From the NCBI GenBank assembly GCA_013239625.1, contig MU053216.1:1390943-1454942 (forward strand): DNA of 64,000 bases, written 5' to 3'. This stretch comes from Lama guanicoe. Lineage: Eukaryota. Both the position numbers and the translations under genes were made by a program. Position 1 is the first letter of the stretch. Each line of letters begins with the position of its first letter. The notes under the pieces are model-generated. The model saw only the letters and a list, made by a program, of their open reading frames with translations. It had not been told where the DNA came from and made no database searches. Below are positions 46,190 through 59,556 of this stretch, one piece after another.

Positions 46190-47135
46190 GTGCTGGACAT
46201 CACTTATCGTCAGGGAAGTGCAGATCAGAAACACAATCTATCACTTCACACCTGCCAGCACGGCTGTCAACAAGAAGACAAAAAAGAGAAAAGGGGACCT
46301 TTGTGCACTGCTAGTGGGGATGTAAAGTGGTATAGCCACTGTGGAAAACAGTTTGGAGGTTCCACAAAAAGTTAGTAATAGAACCACATTAGACCCAGCA
46401 ATGCCTCTTCTGGGTACACGTCCAAAGAAAATGAAAACAGGATCTCAAAGAGGTATCTACACTCCCGCGTTCACTGCAGCGTTGTTCACCGTCGCCAGGA
46501 CATGGGGAACAGCCCGTCAACCAGCAGGTGACTGGATGAAGACACGGTGTGTATGTATACAAAGAAATCCCTCCATTTGAAACCACGTGGCTGGACCTTG
46601 AAGGTATTACGCTACGTGAACTAAGTCAGACAGAGAAAGACAAACACTGTATGGTGTCACCTGTATGTGAACCTAAAAAAGCCAAGCTCACAGAAACAGA
46701 GAGCACAGTGGTGGTTACCAGGGACTGGGGGGGGGGGGGGGGGGGGCGGGNNNNNNNNNNNNNNNNNNNNNNNNNNNNNNNNNNNNNNNNNNNNNNNNNN
46801 NNNNNNNNNNNNNNNNNNNNACCAGGGACTGGGGGGGGGGGCGGTGTGCAGGAGAAATAGGGAGTGTTACTCAAAGGGTACGAACTTCCAGTTCTAAAAT
46901 GAACAGGCTCAAGGGAGCTAATGACTGTGGTTAATGACACTGTATCATATATTTGAGCTCCTAAGAGTAGGCCTTAAACGTTCACAACAAAGAAACGGTA
47001 ATTACGCAATGTGATCGAGGTTTTAGCCAACACCGTGGTGGTAACTGCGCTGCAATATGTAAGTTAAATCAACACACTGCACACCTGAAACTTACACAAT
47101 GTCACATGTCGATTACATCTCAGTAAAGCTGGGAA
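46190..47135 (+). mobile_element. L1M 3' fragment (end of ORF2 + 3'UTR), contains an assembly gap
   Basis: 'gccactgtggaaaacagtttggaggttcc...gacccagcaatgcctcttctggg...gaaacttacacaatgtcacatgtcgattacatctcagtaaagctgg'. Confidence 0.85.
46751..46820. other. Assembly gap (70 N)
   Basis: Run of N, flanked on both sides by the same 'accagggactggggggggg' sequence. Confidence 0.99.
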
Positions 47136-48879
47136 CAATGTACTGTAAGCACTCTGGTAAGGTGACTGTCCTAAAACATTACTGTGTTTGGCCACAAGAT
47201 GTCAGTAAGAAATCATTTTCCCAGTAGTCAAAGCTTATGAAGATAATTTCTTTCTGAATTTATGATGATTAAACAGCTATAAATCTGCCGCCATTTTCCA
47301 GGAATGATAGCAAATTAATTTCACTAAAAGCTTCTCTTTCCTGCTCTTAGTTAAGGCAGGCAGCTGTATATGAACTTTCTCAAGCAATGTGAACAATGCT
47401 AACCAACACAAATAAAGACTGAAAAATAAGAGCAAACGTTAACACCTCTGCCCAGATCCCAGTATCACACTCAGAAGAAGCCACTGTTAGCAGTTTCGTG
47501 TTTTCTTTCCATAGACCTTTCCTCATGCATCTATGTATGCGTACAGATTTGCAAACAAATAGAGAAAGGATTTTTTAAGCAAATGCAAAGGACACCATGC
47601 TATGTACACTGTTTGCTGTCTGCTGCTTTACTCAGCAATGTCTTGGAGAGCTTTCTGCATCAGTGAAATACGTCTGCCTCCTTCCTAGAAACAGCTATAC
47701 TATATTACAAGACATTTTAATTGTGTCCCTACAAGATGAATTGCTTCCAGCTATTCGCCACCATGAACAGTCCTCACCCACCCTGCTTGTCCTTTAGATC
47801 TGTTCAGATAACGCCAAACTGCCCTCTAAAAGACCACACCGGTTTACACTTCCACCAAGAGGGCAGAGAGAGCTCGCTCCCAACATCGCCACGAACACCT
47901 GTTGTTAGTTAACAAAGCGACAGCAAGGTGCCCAACGTCATGCACTGAGCAACCTCTTGGAGGCTTGGAGTCTTAAAATACTCCACTGAAATCAAAGCTG
48001 TGGTTCTTATAATTCAGCAAAGAATATAGAAAGTGACCAAAGTCTTCTCTGCAGACAGTTATCTATTTTAAAAATGCCTGAATGAAGAAAACGTCTTTGT
48101 ATCTGGATCACGCCCGGACTATGCTGATCTAAACATCAAGGCTACGTAGTATTTACTGGAAGTCCAAGATATACAACTTAAACAAACGTAACTGATTTTA
48201 CAACTCAATATATTTAACGAGATGATTTTTTCCTTTGAGATCACAATAGTAGCGTTTAAATTTTTTAACAAGCAAGTGCCTGAAAAGCCATTAACCAGGT
48301 ATACATGGAAGTATTTCCTAACTTCCATTTCGATACAAATGTCAGAATGGAGACAGTCAGAATTAATCAAGGTTTGTCTTCTGATGTGTCAGACAGTGGG
48401 GAGGGGGCACTGCTTCGGACAACAGGAGCGGTGGCTTGTTTGGAAACGCCTTCACTGCTGGCTCTGTCTTTACGTCGTGGTGAAGAAGAACCGGGCGAGG
48501 GAAACAGAGGCACCGGAGAGCAGGAGTTGAGACCCACAAGGTGCCAGCATCACCCCGAGGGCCCCTGGCAGGCCTCCCGAGGCCGGCACCGCCACCCACC
48601 CCCGACCAGGTTCACCAGCATGTCGCCCTCACATGCATGAGTGTGGTGCCCTGAAGCCGGGGCGCAAGCAGGGTTGATGACATGGCTCTGTACTGAAAAA
48701 GAAACCTGCAGCTAACAGTGTATTTAAAAAAATCCCAAAACATAAAATCAGCAGAAAACTCAAACAAAAACTATTTTTTCAAAAGCTGCTTTGACTGAAA
48801 TCACAGCTCGTTTGCGAGCTTCACGCGGCTGGACTGCTCATGTACCTAGATGCGCAGGGCAAAGGGCGATTTACCTCAC

Positions 48880-49019
48880 CTTTATGGAGGAAGCCGCATA
48901 CAGCATATCTTCCAGGGTGAAATGGCAACACTGGTTCAGGTATTCTTGGCAAAACTCTTGAATCAGCTGCAGGTTGTACAGGCTATCAGCCAAAGACATG
49001 GTTTCTTTCAGACAAATGT
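48880..49019 (-). CDS. CAMSAP2: CAMSAP2 exon (CH domain)
   Basis: TTGCAG|AC: (D)ICLKETMSLADSLYNLQLIQEFCQEYLNQCCHFTLEDMLYAASSIK|GTGAGG; 140 nt. Confidence 0.96.
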
Positions 49020-49306
49020 CTGCAAATAGGAAAAGAGCGAGGGTTGATTTTGATAATACGCATTTTGTATCCATTTTGTAATTAGTAACTTAATACAAAT
49101 ATACAACTGCAAAGAATCTGTTTAACACACTCACGTATAAATACAGTGGTCATTCCAGACAGACCTAGAAACCAAGCACCATTTTACTCAGCTGTCCTCC
49201 TCAGAGTCACACACACGTGTCCTTTTCAGAGAAGCCTCATTACCTGTACGTGTAGTCTCAAGTGTTTGTTCCCGCCCATGGCTTGGAATTTCAGCGGAAG
49301 ACTCAC

Positions 49307-49448
49307 CTTCCAATCTGACAACACCAGGACAGTAAAAATGGATCAGGGCCGCTAACGCACAGCCGTCGGTACCATCTTTCAACAAATTTTCTACCAGTGG
49401 AATGCAAGGCAGCTGCTTCAGCAATGTTTGCTCTTTCCTATAACGAGC
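49307..49448 (-). CDS. CAMSAP2: CAMSAP2 exon (CH domain)
   Basis: TCACAG|GCT: ARYRKEQTLLKQLPCIPLVENLLKDGTDGCALAALIHFYCPGVVRLE|GTGAGT; 142 nt. Confidence 0.96.
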
Positions 49449-50159
49449 CTGTGATAGAAAAAAGAGGAAAATGAACAAGCACCAAACAACATACAGGAAA
49501 AACCAGTATTGTAGACTCTACTGTATCGGTAATAAAATACAAGTCAAGAGAAGGGAGAACTACTCACCACCGTCCTTCTTCTCTGAGCGGTACCAGAGCT
49601 CACGTGACCAAAGCTAAGCATGCAGCAACCACACCAGGGCTCTGGAGCTAAGCACTTAGGACAACGTTACACTGCTCATTTATGTAAATTCATTTAGCCT
49701 AAACACTTAAATATAAAAGCGTCACAAAACAGATTCTGAACACTCTGTATCCCAATGGCCAGTCCGCCCTTCAGTGGATGATAAAATCCGTGTAATTTGG
49801 ACTGTGAGCTCTCGGGTGGGAGGGCAAGGCCGCTCCTCCGGCCCCAAGAACCAGCAGGGTCACCAAGGCGGGAGCAGGAGGAGAACACGACCGTCACTCT
49901 GAGAATCGGGAAAATACCACGAAGGGGGTTGTCATTTGAATATTAAGAAAATAAAAATTGAGTGTAAAAACTCTGGGAAGACCCTCCCAGTTGAGGCTCC
50001 ATTAACCAGCAACAGAGCGAGTGTCAGGGCTTCCGCTCCCTCTCAGAGGAACAGAAGGAACCTTTGCTTTTACAGGCTGGCTGGCCTGACCGGACACAAA
50101 CCTAAGACAGAGCTCTGAAAGTGAGACCTGCTATACACCTTCAGCTCTTCAGTCAGGGC

Positions 50160-50350
50160 ACCTGGGTTCCGATCCCGGTTCTGCACCTCTTAGCTCTGCA
50201 ATCTTGGACAACTCACTTAAACTCTCACTCCTCAGTTTCCCCATCTGTGAAGCAGGAGACGACAGCCCCTACTTCCCAGGACCACTGGAGGGGTGAAGAG
50301 GAGGCGGGACAGAAAGTGCTCTGCACAGCGGGGCACTCAGAGGGCAGCTG
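50160..50350 (+). mobile_element. MIR SINE
   Basis: 'cctgggttccgatcccggttctgc...cttggacaactcacttaaactctc...ctcagtttccccatctgtgaa'. Confidence 0.7.
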
Positions 50351-51697
50351 TCACCAGCTGTCCGCGCTCCAGAAGCCAGGAAAAACAATGCTAAAGACTC
50401 AATGAAGTGCACACCGAAGAATTTTATCAGCTACATTTACGTTACAGTGGTTACTGATATTTAAATAGAGGGTTTAAAAAAAGGTAATCAAAACTAGCTT
50501 TTCTTCTAACTCCATCTAAACTGGTCATCTATTTCATAATTAAAATAAAATCATGAAATATAATACTTTTGTGAGAATAAAAATAGGAAAATAATTTACT
50601 GAGAGAGAAGATTTACTACTTGGTGGTAAAGTCAGAGTTCCTTTAAGTGCTGTCCCTCAGCAAGTGCACGCGGCAATGAAGGAGATGTTTATCCCTCCCT
50701 CCCTCTCACGGCTCCTCAAGAACAGATTCACGGAGCGTTTTTCTCTTGCAGACCCCAGAGGGGCTTGTTCTTATCGATCCGTGCAGACTAGACATCTGTG
50801 TTCAGTGGCATGTTCCAAACTCATGGAGTACCCAAATTCAGAAAAAATCATATATATGCACTACATAATTCTTTAATTGAGTACTGATTTTTACATAATC
50901 CCTAGAGCACGTCCTCATTTTGCTACAATCAGTTTAAAAATCAGCCATGAAAAAGGTGGAGAGAAGAGGGAGGGGAAGGGAGAGGGAAGAAAGGAATCAA
51001 GCAGGTGCCTCTCCCGGCCTTGAGCTACTTCCCTGTGTCCGGGAAGCACGCTTCCAGACCCTCACCCGCCTCTCCTCGTCCAGCTGGAAACAAAACAGTC
51101 TGCGCCTTGGAAATCCTCTAACCTGGCTGGGCTAGGTGCCAGATTCCCCAGATCTCCAGGACCAGCCTGTTTTCGGCCTACAGTCTGAGCTGGACCGAGC
51201 TTCGCGGGAAGGCTCACGGAACAAAGCACAGAGCCGTGTGACGTGTTCCAGCTGCTCTGCCAAGAGCGCTGCTCTGCGGGCACGGACACACCCCGGCCCC
51301 GGCAGCCTGCGGCCGCAGTGCCTGTGGTCAGGCCAGACAACCAGAGATCTGTTAAGTTGATGCCAAAACAAGTTCCTGAAGATTTTATCCTAGAAGACGT
51401 ATCAGGGAAACTGACTTTAAATGGTGAAGTCACATGCAGTTCCCAGGAAGTTCATCTGCAGTCTGTGAAGGTCCCAGTCTCTTACACGTGCACATGCTGT
51501 GTGCTTCACAAACCTCCTGCGTGGAAGCATTCCCTGCTCCTTCTACAAACTGAGAAATCTGGAATTTGAAAGGGGCATAATTTCTATCTTTCAACATTAT
51601 GGTGTCCTTTCTTTTCAACTGAAGTATGCTCAGTTTACAGTGTTGTGTCAGTTTCTGGCATACAGCATTTAAAAAAATATTTATTCATTAATTTAGC

Positions 51698-51815
51698 TGT
51701 GGGACGTAATTAGGTTCATTTATTTACCTCTTTTCAGTGGAGGGACTGGGGATTGAACCCAGGACCTCGTGCATGCTGAGCACACACTCTACCACTGAGC
51801 TGTACCCTGACCCCT
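51698..51815 (-). mobile_element. Vic-1-type SINE, adjacent to a short L1 3' fragment (51610-51668)
   Basis: gtaattaggttcattt...ggggattgaacccaggacctcgtgcatgctgagcacacactctaccactgagctgtaccc. Confidence 0.85.
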
Positions 51816-52360
51816 TTTATGGTACACTTTCAAGTTGCATTTCTATTTCTGAGGGTGTAAAATACTTGTTAAGTGGTCCAACCCCCAGATTTAATCCTGA
51901 AAGATCAACTCTTCAAGCAAACCAGAACTGAATGTAGTTTAGGAACACAGAGTCTGCTGCTTTTTTTTATTACATAGAAAGTGTCCTCTACAGTTCTCGC
52001 CAAAAGGAAATGACTCTTTCAAAAAGATTATTTTAAAACGTACCCACACCTACAGTTCAGACTCACTGTCACTAACGCCGTGAAAGACCGCGTGGGTCTC
52101 CGGCCGCGCCTTCTTCCCCCCAGTCACTGATGGTCTGTGACGGCTGACAGACTAGCTTATACTTCGAATTATTTTTAACGCGTCTAATCCAAACTTGGGC
52201 CAGGTTTTTAAAATCTACCTTACATTACGATCAAATACCTTAAAATCCAATCTCCACTTGTGCCCGACAATTGTACGAAATGACTATACCAGCAAGACAC
52301 AGCACACCACTGTACAGTTACACTTCTGGACAGCAAACTGAAGTAACTGGGCAAACTTAC

Positions 52361-52393
52361 TGGAACCAGTTTCCAAAACCACTTGGAAGGAGA
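52361..52393 (-). CDS. CAMSAP2: CAMSAP2 33-nt alternative cassette exon (SPSKWFWKLVP)
   Basis: Long pyrimidine tract then CTGAAG|TCT...CCA|GTAAGT; phase 0/0; the peptide is identical to the recalled isoform-specific insert of human CAMSAP2. Confidence 0.9.
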
Positions 52394-52995
52394 CTTCAGA
52401 GGAAGCAGCAGGAGAAAAGGGAGAGCAAAAGGCAAAGGGAAAATCCATCAGAATTATTGTTAATTAACCAGTTAGAGCAGAGCTTCTGATAGTGGAGCTC
52501 CAAGTTTACAGTTCTCATAACACTTAAAAAATGTTAAGACCTTAGAATTTAGTTTAAAATACAGAGGCTCCTAGCGATGAGGACCAGCACCTCCTCTTGT
52601 CCGTGTCTAGGGCACGCATGATGTGCTGCATGCTCAGAATTCCATCCCTCCGGTCTGGGATCACACACCATACTGAAGAATAAATCCGTACCACAGAGGG
52701 AGCAGAAAGATTCTACAGCGCGGTCTGCGATCGTTAAAGCGCTCAGACATCAGGAGACCAGGGCCGGGAAGGCAGCGTTCTTCCCAAAAGGGAGGGAAGG
52801 ACGCTGCCCCAGTGAATGCGCGAATGAAGCCAGCAGCGATGCTGAGCTGCACAAGACGAGCGTTTCTTTCAGCTATGTAAAGAACTTCCTTCATTAATGG
52901 GGGGAAAAGTTGGCAATTCTTACCAGTTGCTATTTTAATAGGGTCTCTAAAGCAAGCAGCTGCGAACACAGGGAGAATACAGATGTTATCAACTC

Positions 52996-53008
52996 TGCCA
53001 TCTAGTGG
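52996..53008 (-). promoter_or_regulatory. CTCF core motif
   Basis: Minus strand reads CCACTAGATGGCA(G), a canonical CTCF core. Confidence 0.6.
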
Positions 53009-55266
53009 TGACCCAAAGAACGTAATTTTACTTCTTTAAAAAGGTGAGTATGATAAACTCCCAATTTCAGAAACTATGAATTCTTATTTTGTGATTGTTT
53101 ATCTTCGTATTTCCAAGCACAATTTCCGGGCAGCCTTACATAAATATTCACTGAAGTAAACCAAACGAAATGGGGTTTGTGTTAAAATTCACATTCAACT
53201 TTTATGTAGAAATTTTTTCCTACAAAAATCAATAATAAGGATAAGATTATTTGGGAAACTAATATAAATAAGTCATTTTCAAGAACTTTGAGAATCAGAA
53301 AAATGTCATCTCAAGAATCAGAAAAACACCAGCTTCCCACGTAGAGAGAAACCTCTCTTACTGCACCGGGAAGAACGGCCCTAACAATTCTGCTGCATGT
53401 GCTTTAATCCCGGTCTAACCAAGAGCTTTCGGCAGCAGCCGCAGTTGTAGCAGCCGCAAGACGTACCAGAGCAGGAGCCCTGAGCGCGTCCGGACTCCCA
53501 GGGCACAAGAGACGTGCCAGACTCGGAGAATCCACCACACAGAAACTGACGGCCACAAGGCCCACCGTGGGTCATTCAAAACTGGATGTGCAAAGGAGTC
53601 TCCAATGGTTCAATTTACTCTGTGTTTCTTGTAAAATATTCAGTACTTGACCTTTTTGCTAATTCAGGCTACTCTGGCCTTCCTCCTGCCTCTCCACTGG
53701 CCTAAATGCGTGACAGCAATCCTATCAGAGGAAAAAGGAAAAGCATACAGACTGGCTATCTGAAGGAAATGTGACTTAAAAAGGTAAATGTACTAAAAGA
53801 ATGAATAAATATTTATACCAGCCATGCTTCAGAAAGCTCAAATACCCAGCGCAAGTTCCACGCTGAAGGTAACTGTATTTCTCAGGTGACCAGCAACTGC
53901 CCCTCCTTTTGGTTTTCAGGGAAGATCTAAGCAAATTGCAACCTCGCGTCCTGGTTCAAGATGTAAGTAATTATGAGATAAAGAGGTTTTAAAAGTCCAT
54001 GAACAACAGGTGGAGAAGCTTCCACCAAGTCCTCGCCAACGGCAGGGATGGACGCGGGCGGGCAGGTCAGGTTTTCTGGAATAGCTCTAATTTTAGGTGT
54101 TCCTCCTTTCCGCTGTCTTCATCACACATACTGGCTCATCCTAAACTTTGGTGAGTTTTAGGACTCGCTACTAATACTCCCCCAGTAGCTCTGTCTTCCT
54201 CTGGGCTCCCTACTGCCCCTCTGGGACTTGGGATAATGTCTGAACCCCTTCTAGGTGCTCTCAGGCCATACGGGGAAGATGCTGCTTTGATGTGGCCTTC
54301 GTCGGAGACCTCAAAAACATCGGCTTCTTTAAGGAGTTAATCACAGCTGTGACTGGTCACCTCATGACCGGTTAGTCTTAACAATCTTCTTCCTGTTGTA
54401 GGTCCAAAGGTTGTGACGAATGTCAGTAAGAGTGTAAAACGGTACAAAGCCCCGTGGAGGAGAATCTGGCACTAGCCACCGAACCCACACATGCATTTTC
54501 CCTTCGGTCCAGCAACCCCGTCTCCAGGGAATGTACCCTGAGAACCTGAGGACGCAGAAGGAGACACACGACATTATTCTTGCAGCATTATTTGTAATTG
54601 CGGGATGCCGCAAACTACTTAGACGCCCATGGGAAAGTGGCTGAAGAATCTTTGGTCCACACATTCAAAAGAGCACGAGGCTGCTGCAAAAAGTGCAGGG
54701 AAGGCCCCCAGGGCCTGCGTGGAGTGGCTGCTGTACTGTGACAGGGTCTCCTCATGACGACACCTGGGCTGTGCAGGAAGACCATGCGAGGTTACCACGC
54801 ACTTTCACAAACATTCTAACATGAGAAAAGGGATAAAAGTCACTTGAAAAAGAACATATAAACGCTACGTGTGTGCTAACACAAAAATGTGTGCTAATCC
54901 ACGTATCTGAAAGTGAATCACATTCATTTATTTGTTTACTCGGCAAATGCTGGTTTAACTTAACATGTGAAATTCCTCGGGGCCAAGTGCTGAGAAAGTC
55001 GGTGCTGTCTGGATTCCACACAGTTCGTTTTTCTTAAAGGTCACTCGGTCTACAGTTTGGAATACAGATGGCATTTTTTCCACAGAAACAATGTCTATTG
55101 GGTCCTAAGTCAGCACATGAAACCCCTACTTAGTTCATAGTGTGTACACACTACGACAGAATTTAATCATTATGTATAATAAACAAGACTTCTCTGGAAA
55201 TCCGGTAACGCAAGGAGATGCTTGACCTTATTCCTGATTAGATCCAGGAGCAAAACTGGGGGCAGG

Positions 55267-58200
55267 ATTACACCTAAAGCAACCAGAGAAGGAACACACA
55301 AAACCCAAAGTTGGCAGAGGAAAGAAATCACAAAGATCAGAGCAGAAATAAGTGAAATAGAGACTTAAAAAAAAACAAACCCGACAGAAATCGATGAAAC
55401 TAAGAGCCAGTTCTTTGAAAAGATAAACAAAACTGACAAACCTTTAGCCAGACTCACCAGGAAAATAAGGGAGAGGGCCAAATCAATAAAGTCAGCAATG
55501 ATACAGAACAGAAACAGACTCACAGAGAGCACAAACTTGTATTCTCTGGGGGGGAGGGGGAGGGGAAAGGACACACTGGGACCCAGATTTATGGATACTG
55601 ACAGGTGCATACAGAATAGATACACAAGTTTACACTGTACAGCACAGGGAAATATATTCAAGATCCTGTAGCAGCTCACGGTGAAAACGAATATGAAAAC
55701 GAATATATGTATGTTCATGTATAACTGAAAAACTGTGCTGCACACCAGAAACTGACACAACCTTGTAAACTGACTATAACTCAATACAAAATAAACAAAT
55801 AAAAACAAAAACAAACAAAAATAAATAAATAAAATCAGCAACAAAAAAGGAGAAGTTACAACCAACACCATAGAAACACAAGGGATCATAAGAATCTACT
55901 ATGAACAACTATATGCCAATAAGATAGACAACCTAGAAGAAATGGGACAGTTTCTTAGGAAGGTACAATCTCCCAAGACTGAACCGGAAAGAAATAGAAA
56001 CTATGAACAGATCAATCACCAGTCATGACACTGAATCAGTAATTTAAACACTCTCCAAAAACAAAAGTCCAGGACCAGACGGCTTCACAGGTGAATTCTA
56101 CCGAACATTTAGAGACAAGTTAACACCTATCCTTCTGAAACTATTCTAAAAAACTGCCGAGGAAGGAACATTTCCAAACTCATTCTATGAGGCCACCATC
56201 ACCCTGATACCCAAAACCAGACAGAGATACCACAAAAAAAGAGAATTACAGGCAATAGCACTTATGAATATAGATGAAAAAATCCTCAACAAAATACTAG
56301 CAAACTTACTCCAACAGTACGTGAAAAGGATCAGACACCACGATCAAGTGGGATTTGTCCCAGGGGTGCAAGATCTTTCAAAATCTGCAAATCAATCAAC
56401 GTGACACACCACAGTAACAAATTAAAGAACAAAAACCATACGATCATCTCAATAGATGCAGGAAAAACCTTCTGATAAAATTCAACATCCTTTATGATAA
56501 AAACTCTCCAGAAAGTGAGCATAGACGGAACACACCTCGACATAATAAAGGCCATGTACGACAAACCCACAGCTTACATCATACGCAATGGTGAACAGCT
56601 GAAAGCATTTCCTCTAAGATCAGGAACAAGGCAAGGATGCCCACTCTCACCACTTTGATTCAAGATAGTTTTGGAAGTCCTAGCCAGAGCAGTCAGAGAA
56701 GAAAAATAAATAAAAGGAGTCCAAACGGGAAAAGAAGAAGTAAAACCATCACTGTTTGCAGATGAGATGAAACTATACATAGAAAATCCTAAAGACACTA
56801 CCAGAAAACCACAAGCGCTCATCAATAAATTTGGCAAAGTTGCTGAATACAAAATTAACAACATAGAGCAATCTATATTGCATTTCTATACACTAACAAT
56901 GAACTATCAGAAAGAGAAATTAAGGAAACAATCCCATTTACCATCGTACCAAAAAGAATAAAATACCTAGGAATAAACCTACCCAAGGAGGCAAAAGACC
57001 TGAACTCAGAAAACTGTAAGACACTGATGAAAGAAACTGAAGACGACACAAACAGATGGAAAGATATGCCATGTTCTTGGATTGGAAGAACCAGTATTGT
57101 TAAAATGGCCACACAACCCGAGGCAAACAGATTCAATGCAATTCCTATCAAATTACCAATGGCATTTTTCACAGAACTGGAACAAAAAATGTTAAAATTT
57201 GTATGGAAACACAAAGGCCCCCCAAATAGCCAAAACAATCCTGAAAAAGGAGGATGGAGCTGGGGGAATCAAGCTCTCTGACTTCAGACTACATTACAAA
57301 GCTACAGTAATCAAAACAGTGTGGTACTGTCACAAAAACCAGATACACAGATCAATGGAACAGGGTAGAAAGTCCAGAAATAAACCCACGTACTTATGGT
57401 CAATTAATCTATGACAAAGGAAAAAGAATATACAATGGAGAAAAGACAGTCTCTTCAATAAGTGGTGCTGGGGAAACTGTACGGCTACAGTTAAAAGAAT
57501 GAAATTTGAAAATTCTATTAACACCATATACAAAAATAAATTCAAAATGAATTAAAAACTTAAATGTAAGACCAGATACTCTAAAACTCTTAGAGGAAAA
57601 CTCTTTGACATAAATTGCAGTAGTATTTTTTTTTGATCTGTCTCCTAGAGTAATGGAAATAAAAGCCAACATAAACAAATGGGTCCTAACTAACCTTAAA
57701 AAGCTTTTGCACATCAAAGGAAACCATAAATAAAATAGTAAGGTAACCTATGGAATGGAAGAAAATATTTGCAAATGATGCAACCAACAAGTGATTAATT
57801 TCCAGAAATACAAACAGCTCACATAGCTGAATACCAAAAAAACAAGCTCAATCAAAAATCAGGCTGAAGACTTACACATTTCTCCAAAGAAGACATACAA
57901 ATGGCCAATAAGCACATGAAAGGATGCTCAACATCACTATTAGAGAAATGCAGATCAAAACTACAATGAGGTTATTACCTCACACTGGCCGTCATTAAAA
58001 AGTCTACAAGTAATAAATGCTGGAGGAGGTGTGGAGAAAAAGGAACCCTCCTACACTGTTGATGGGAATGTAAATTTGTGCAGCCACTATGGAGAACAGT
58101 ATGGACGTTACTTAAAAACTAAAAATAGTTACCATATGATCCAGCAATCCCACTCCTGGGCATTTATCTGGAAAAAAACTCTAATTTGAAAAAACATATG

Positions 58201-58765
58201 CACTGCAATGTTCAAAGAAGCACTAGTTACAACAGTCAAGACATGGAAGCAACTTCAATGTGCATTGACAGATGACTGGATAAAGGTATGGTATATATAC
58301 ACAAATGAAATGCTACTCAGCCACGAAAAAGAATAAAATAATGCCATCTGCAGCAACATGGATGGACCTAGAGATTATCACACTAAGAAAAGTAAATCAA
58401 AAAGAGAAAGAAAAATATCATATGAAATCACTAACATGCGGAATCTAAAAAAAATACAGTAATACAAATGAACTTATTTACAAAACAGAAAGACTCACAG
58501 ATACAGAAAACAAATGGTTTCGGTAATCCCCTACAGTTACCAAGGGGAAAGCAGCAGGAGGGATAAATTAGGAGTTTGGGATTAGCAGATACAAACTACT
58601 ATATATAAAACAGATATACAACAAAGACCTACTGTACAGCACAGGGGACTATATTCAATACCCTGTAATAACTTACAATGAAAAATATGAAAGAATATAA
58701 ATACATGTGTAACTGTATCACTTTTCTGTACACCTGAAACTAACACAACATTGTAAAACAGCTAT
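55267..58765 (+). mobile_element. 5'-truncated, decayed LINE-1 (ORF2 RT region to 3'UTR), antisense to CAMSAP2
   Basis: ORF2 fragments: 'aaaagtccaggaccagacggcttcacaggtgaattcta', LFADEMKLYIENPKD (RT FADD region), [11 protein letters not shown]; many stops and frameshifts; L1 3'UTR at about 58450-58765. Confidence 0.95.
55499..55827 (+). mobile_element. Younger L1 3'-end insertion nested in the older L1
   Basis: L1 3'UTR plus A-rich tail interrupts ORF2; flanked by aataaagtcagcaa (55485-55498) and aataaaatcagcaa (55828-55841). Confidence 0.85.
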
Positions 58766-59472
58766 ACTTCACTGAAAAATTTTTTAAAAGGTCTAGTCTC
58801 TCTATGAGCACATTTCAAGTATATAATGCAGTATTAACTAAAAAAAAGTCCAAATGGAAAATAAAGTCTCTGAATAATACAATCTCTTACACCTCAACTT
58901 CAAGGCCAGGCAACATGTTCAAAGGACTCTCGTAACACATTTAAAAAGACCTAAGATGTTCTCTTGTGCTGCAGACAATGTACCTTAGGCTTTAGTATGC
59001 AACACACACAGATCTTCAAAGAAAAAAACTAAAGCCTGTTGAAGAATTTTTAAAGAATGAATCCATGTTAATGTTCCTTCTTCCTTCACAGAAAAACCAT
59101 ACGAACAACTTACAATTCCTGGAATATAATTTTAAAGGCTAGTCTTATTACAAGTGATTATAAAGCTGACACATTGAAAACTTTTCGTTTCATATATTTT
59201 ACCAAACGAAGGCAAAACCATTATTTTTGCCAAAAGAACCTCAGAAACTGAGCTCCAGTCATTAACGATTTTTTGTAAACACCATCATCCACTTAGCCCT
59301 CCTTTGGGCTTCTACTTACTTGCTATTTACGACGAGGCTGTCCAGAGTACAGTTAGTTAACATCGCGAGAAAATGATTTAATGAGCGCCACTATTAACAT
59401 CTCCCCCAACAGCACACGTGTGTCAACACAGAGTCTCATAAAGGCACCTTTCTTTTTCTTGGAAATACATAC

Positions 59473-59556
59473 CTTTTGACCTCCCGGAGCTTCAATTGTG
59501 TGGTGTTCCTTCAATTTCTGTTCTTGTTCCATGATGTCTTTCAAATGTTCATTTAC
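59473..59556 (-). CDS. CAMSAP2: CAMSAP2 exon
   Basis: TTTGAG|GTA: VNEHLKDIMEQEQKLKEHHTIEAPGGQK|GTATGT; 84 nt. Confidence 0.95.

Noticed and set aside
56331..57717. ORFs with reverse-transcriptase similarity
   Set aside because: Fragments of a dead, 5'-truncated L1 with many stops and frameshifts; not an active or domesticated gene.
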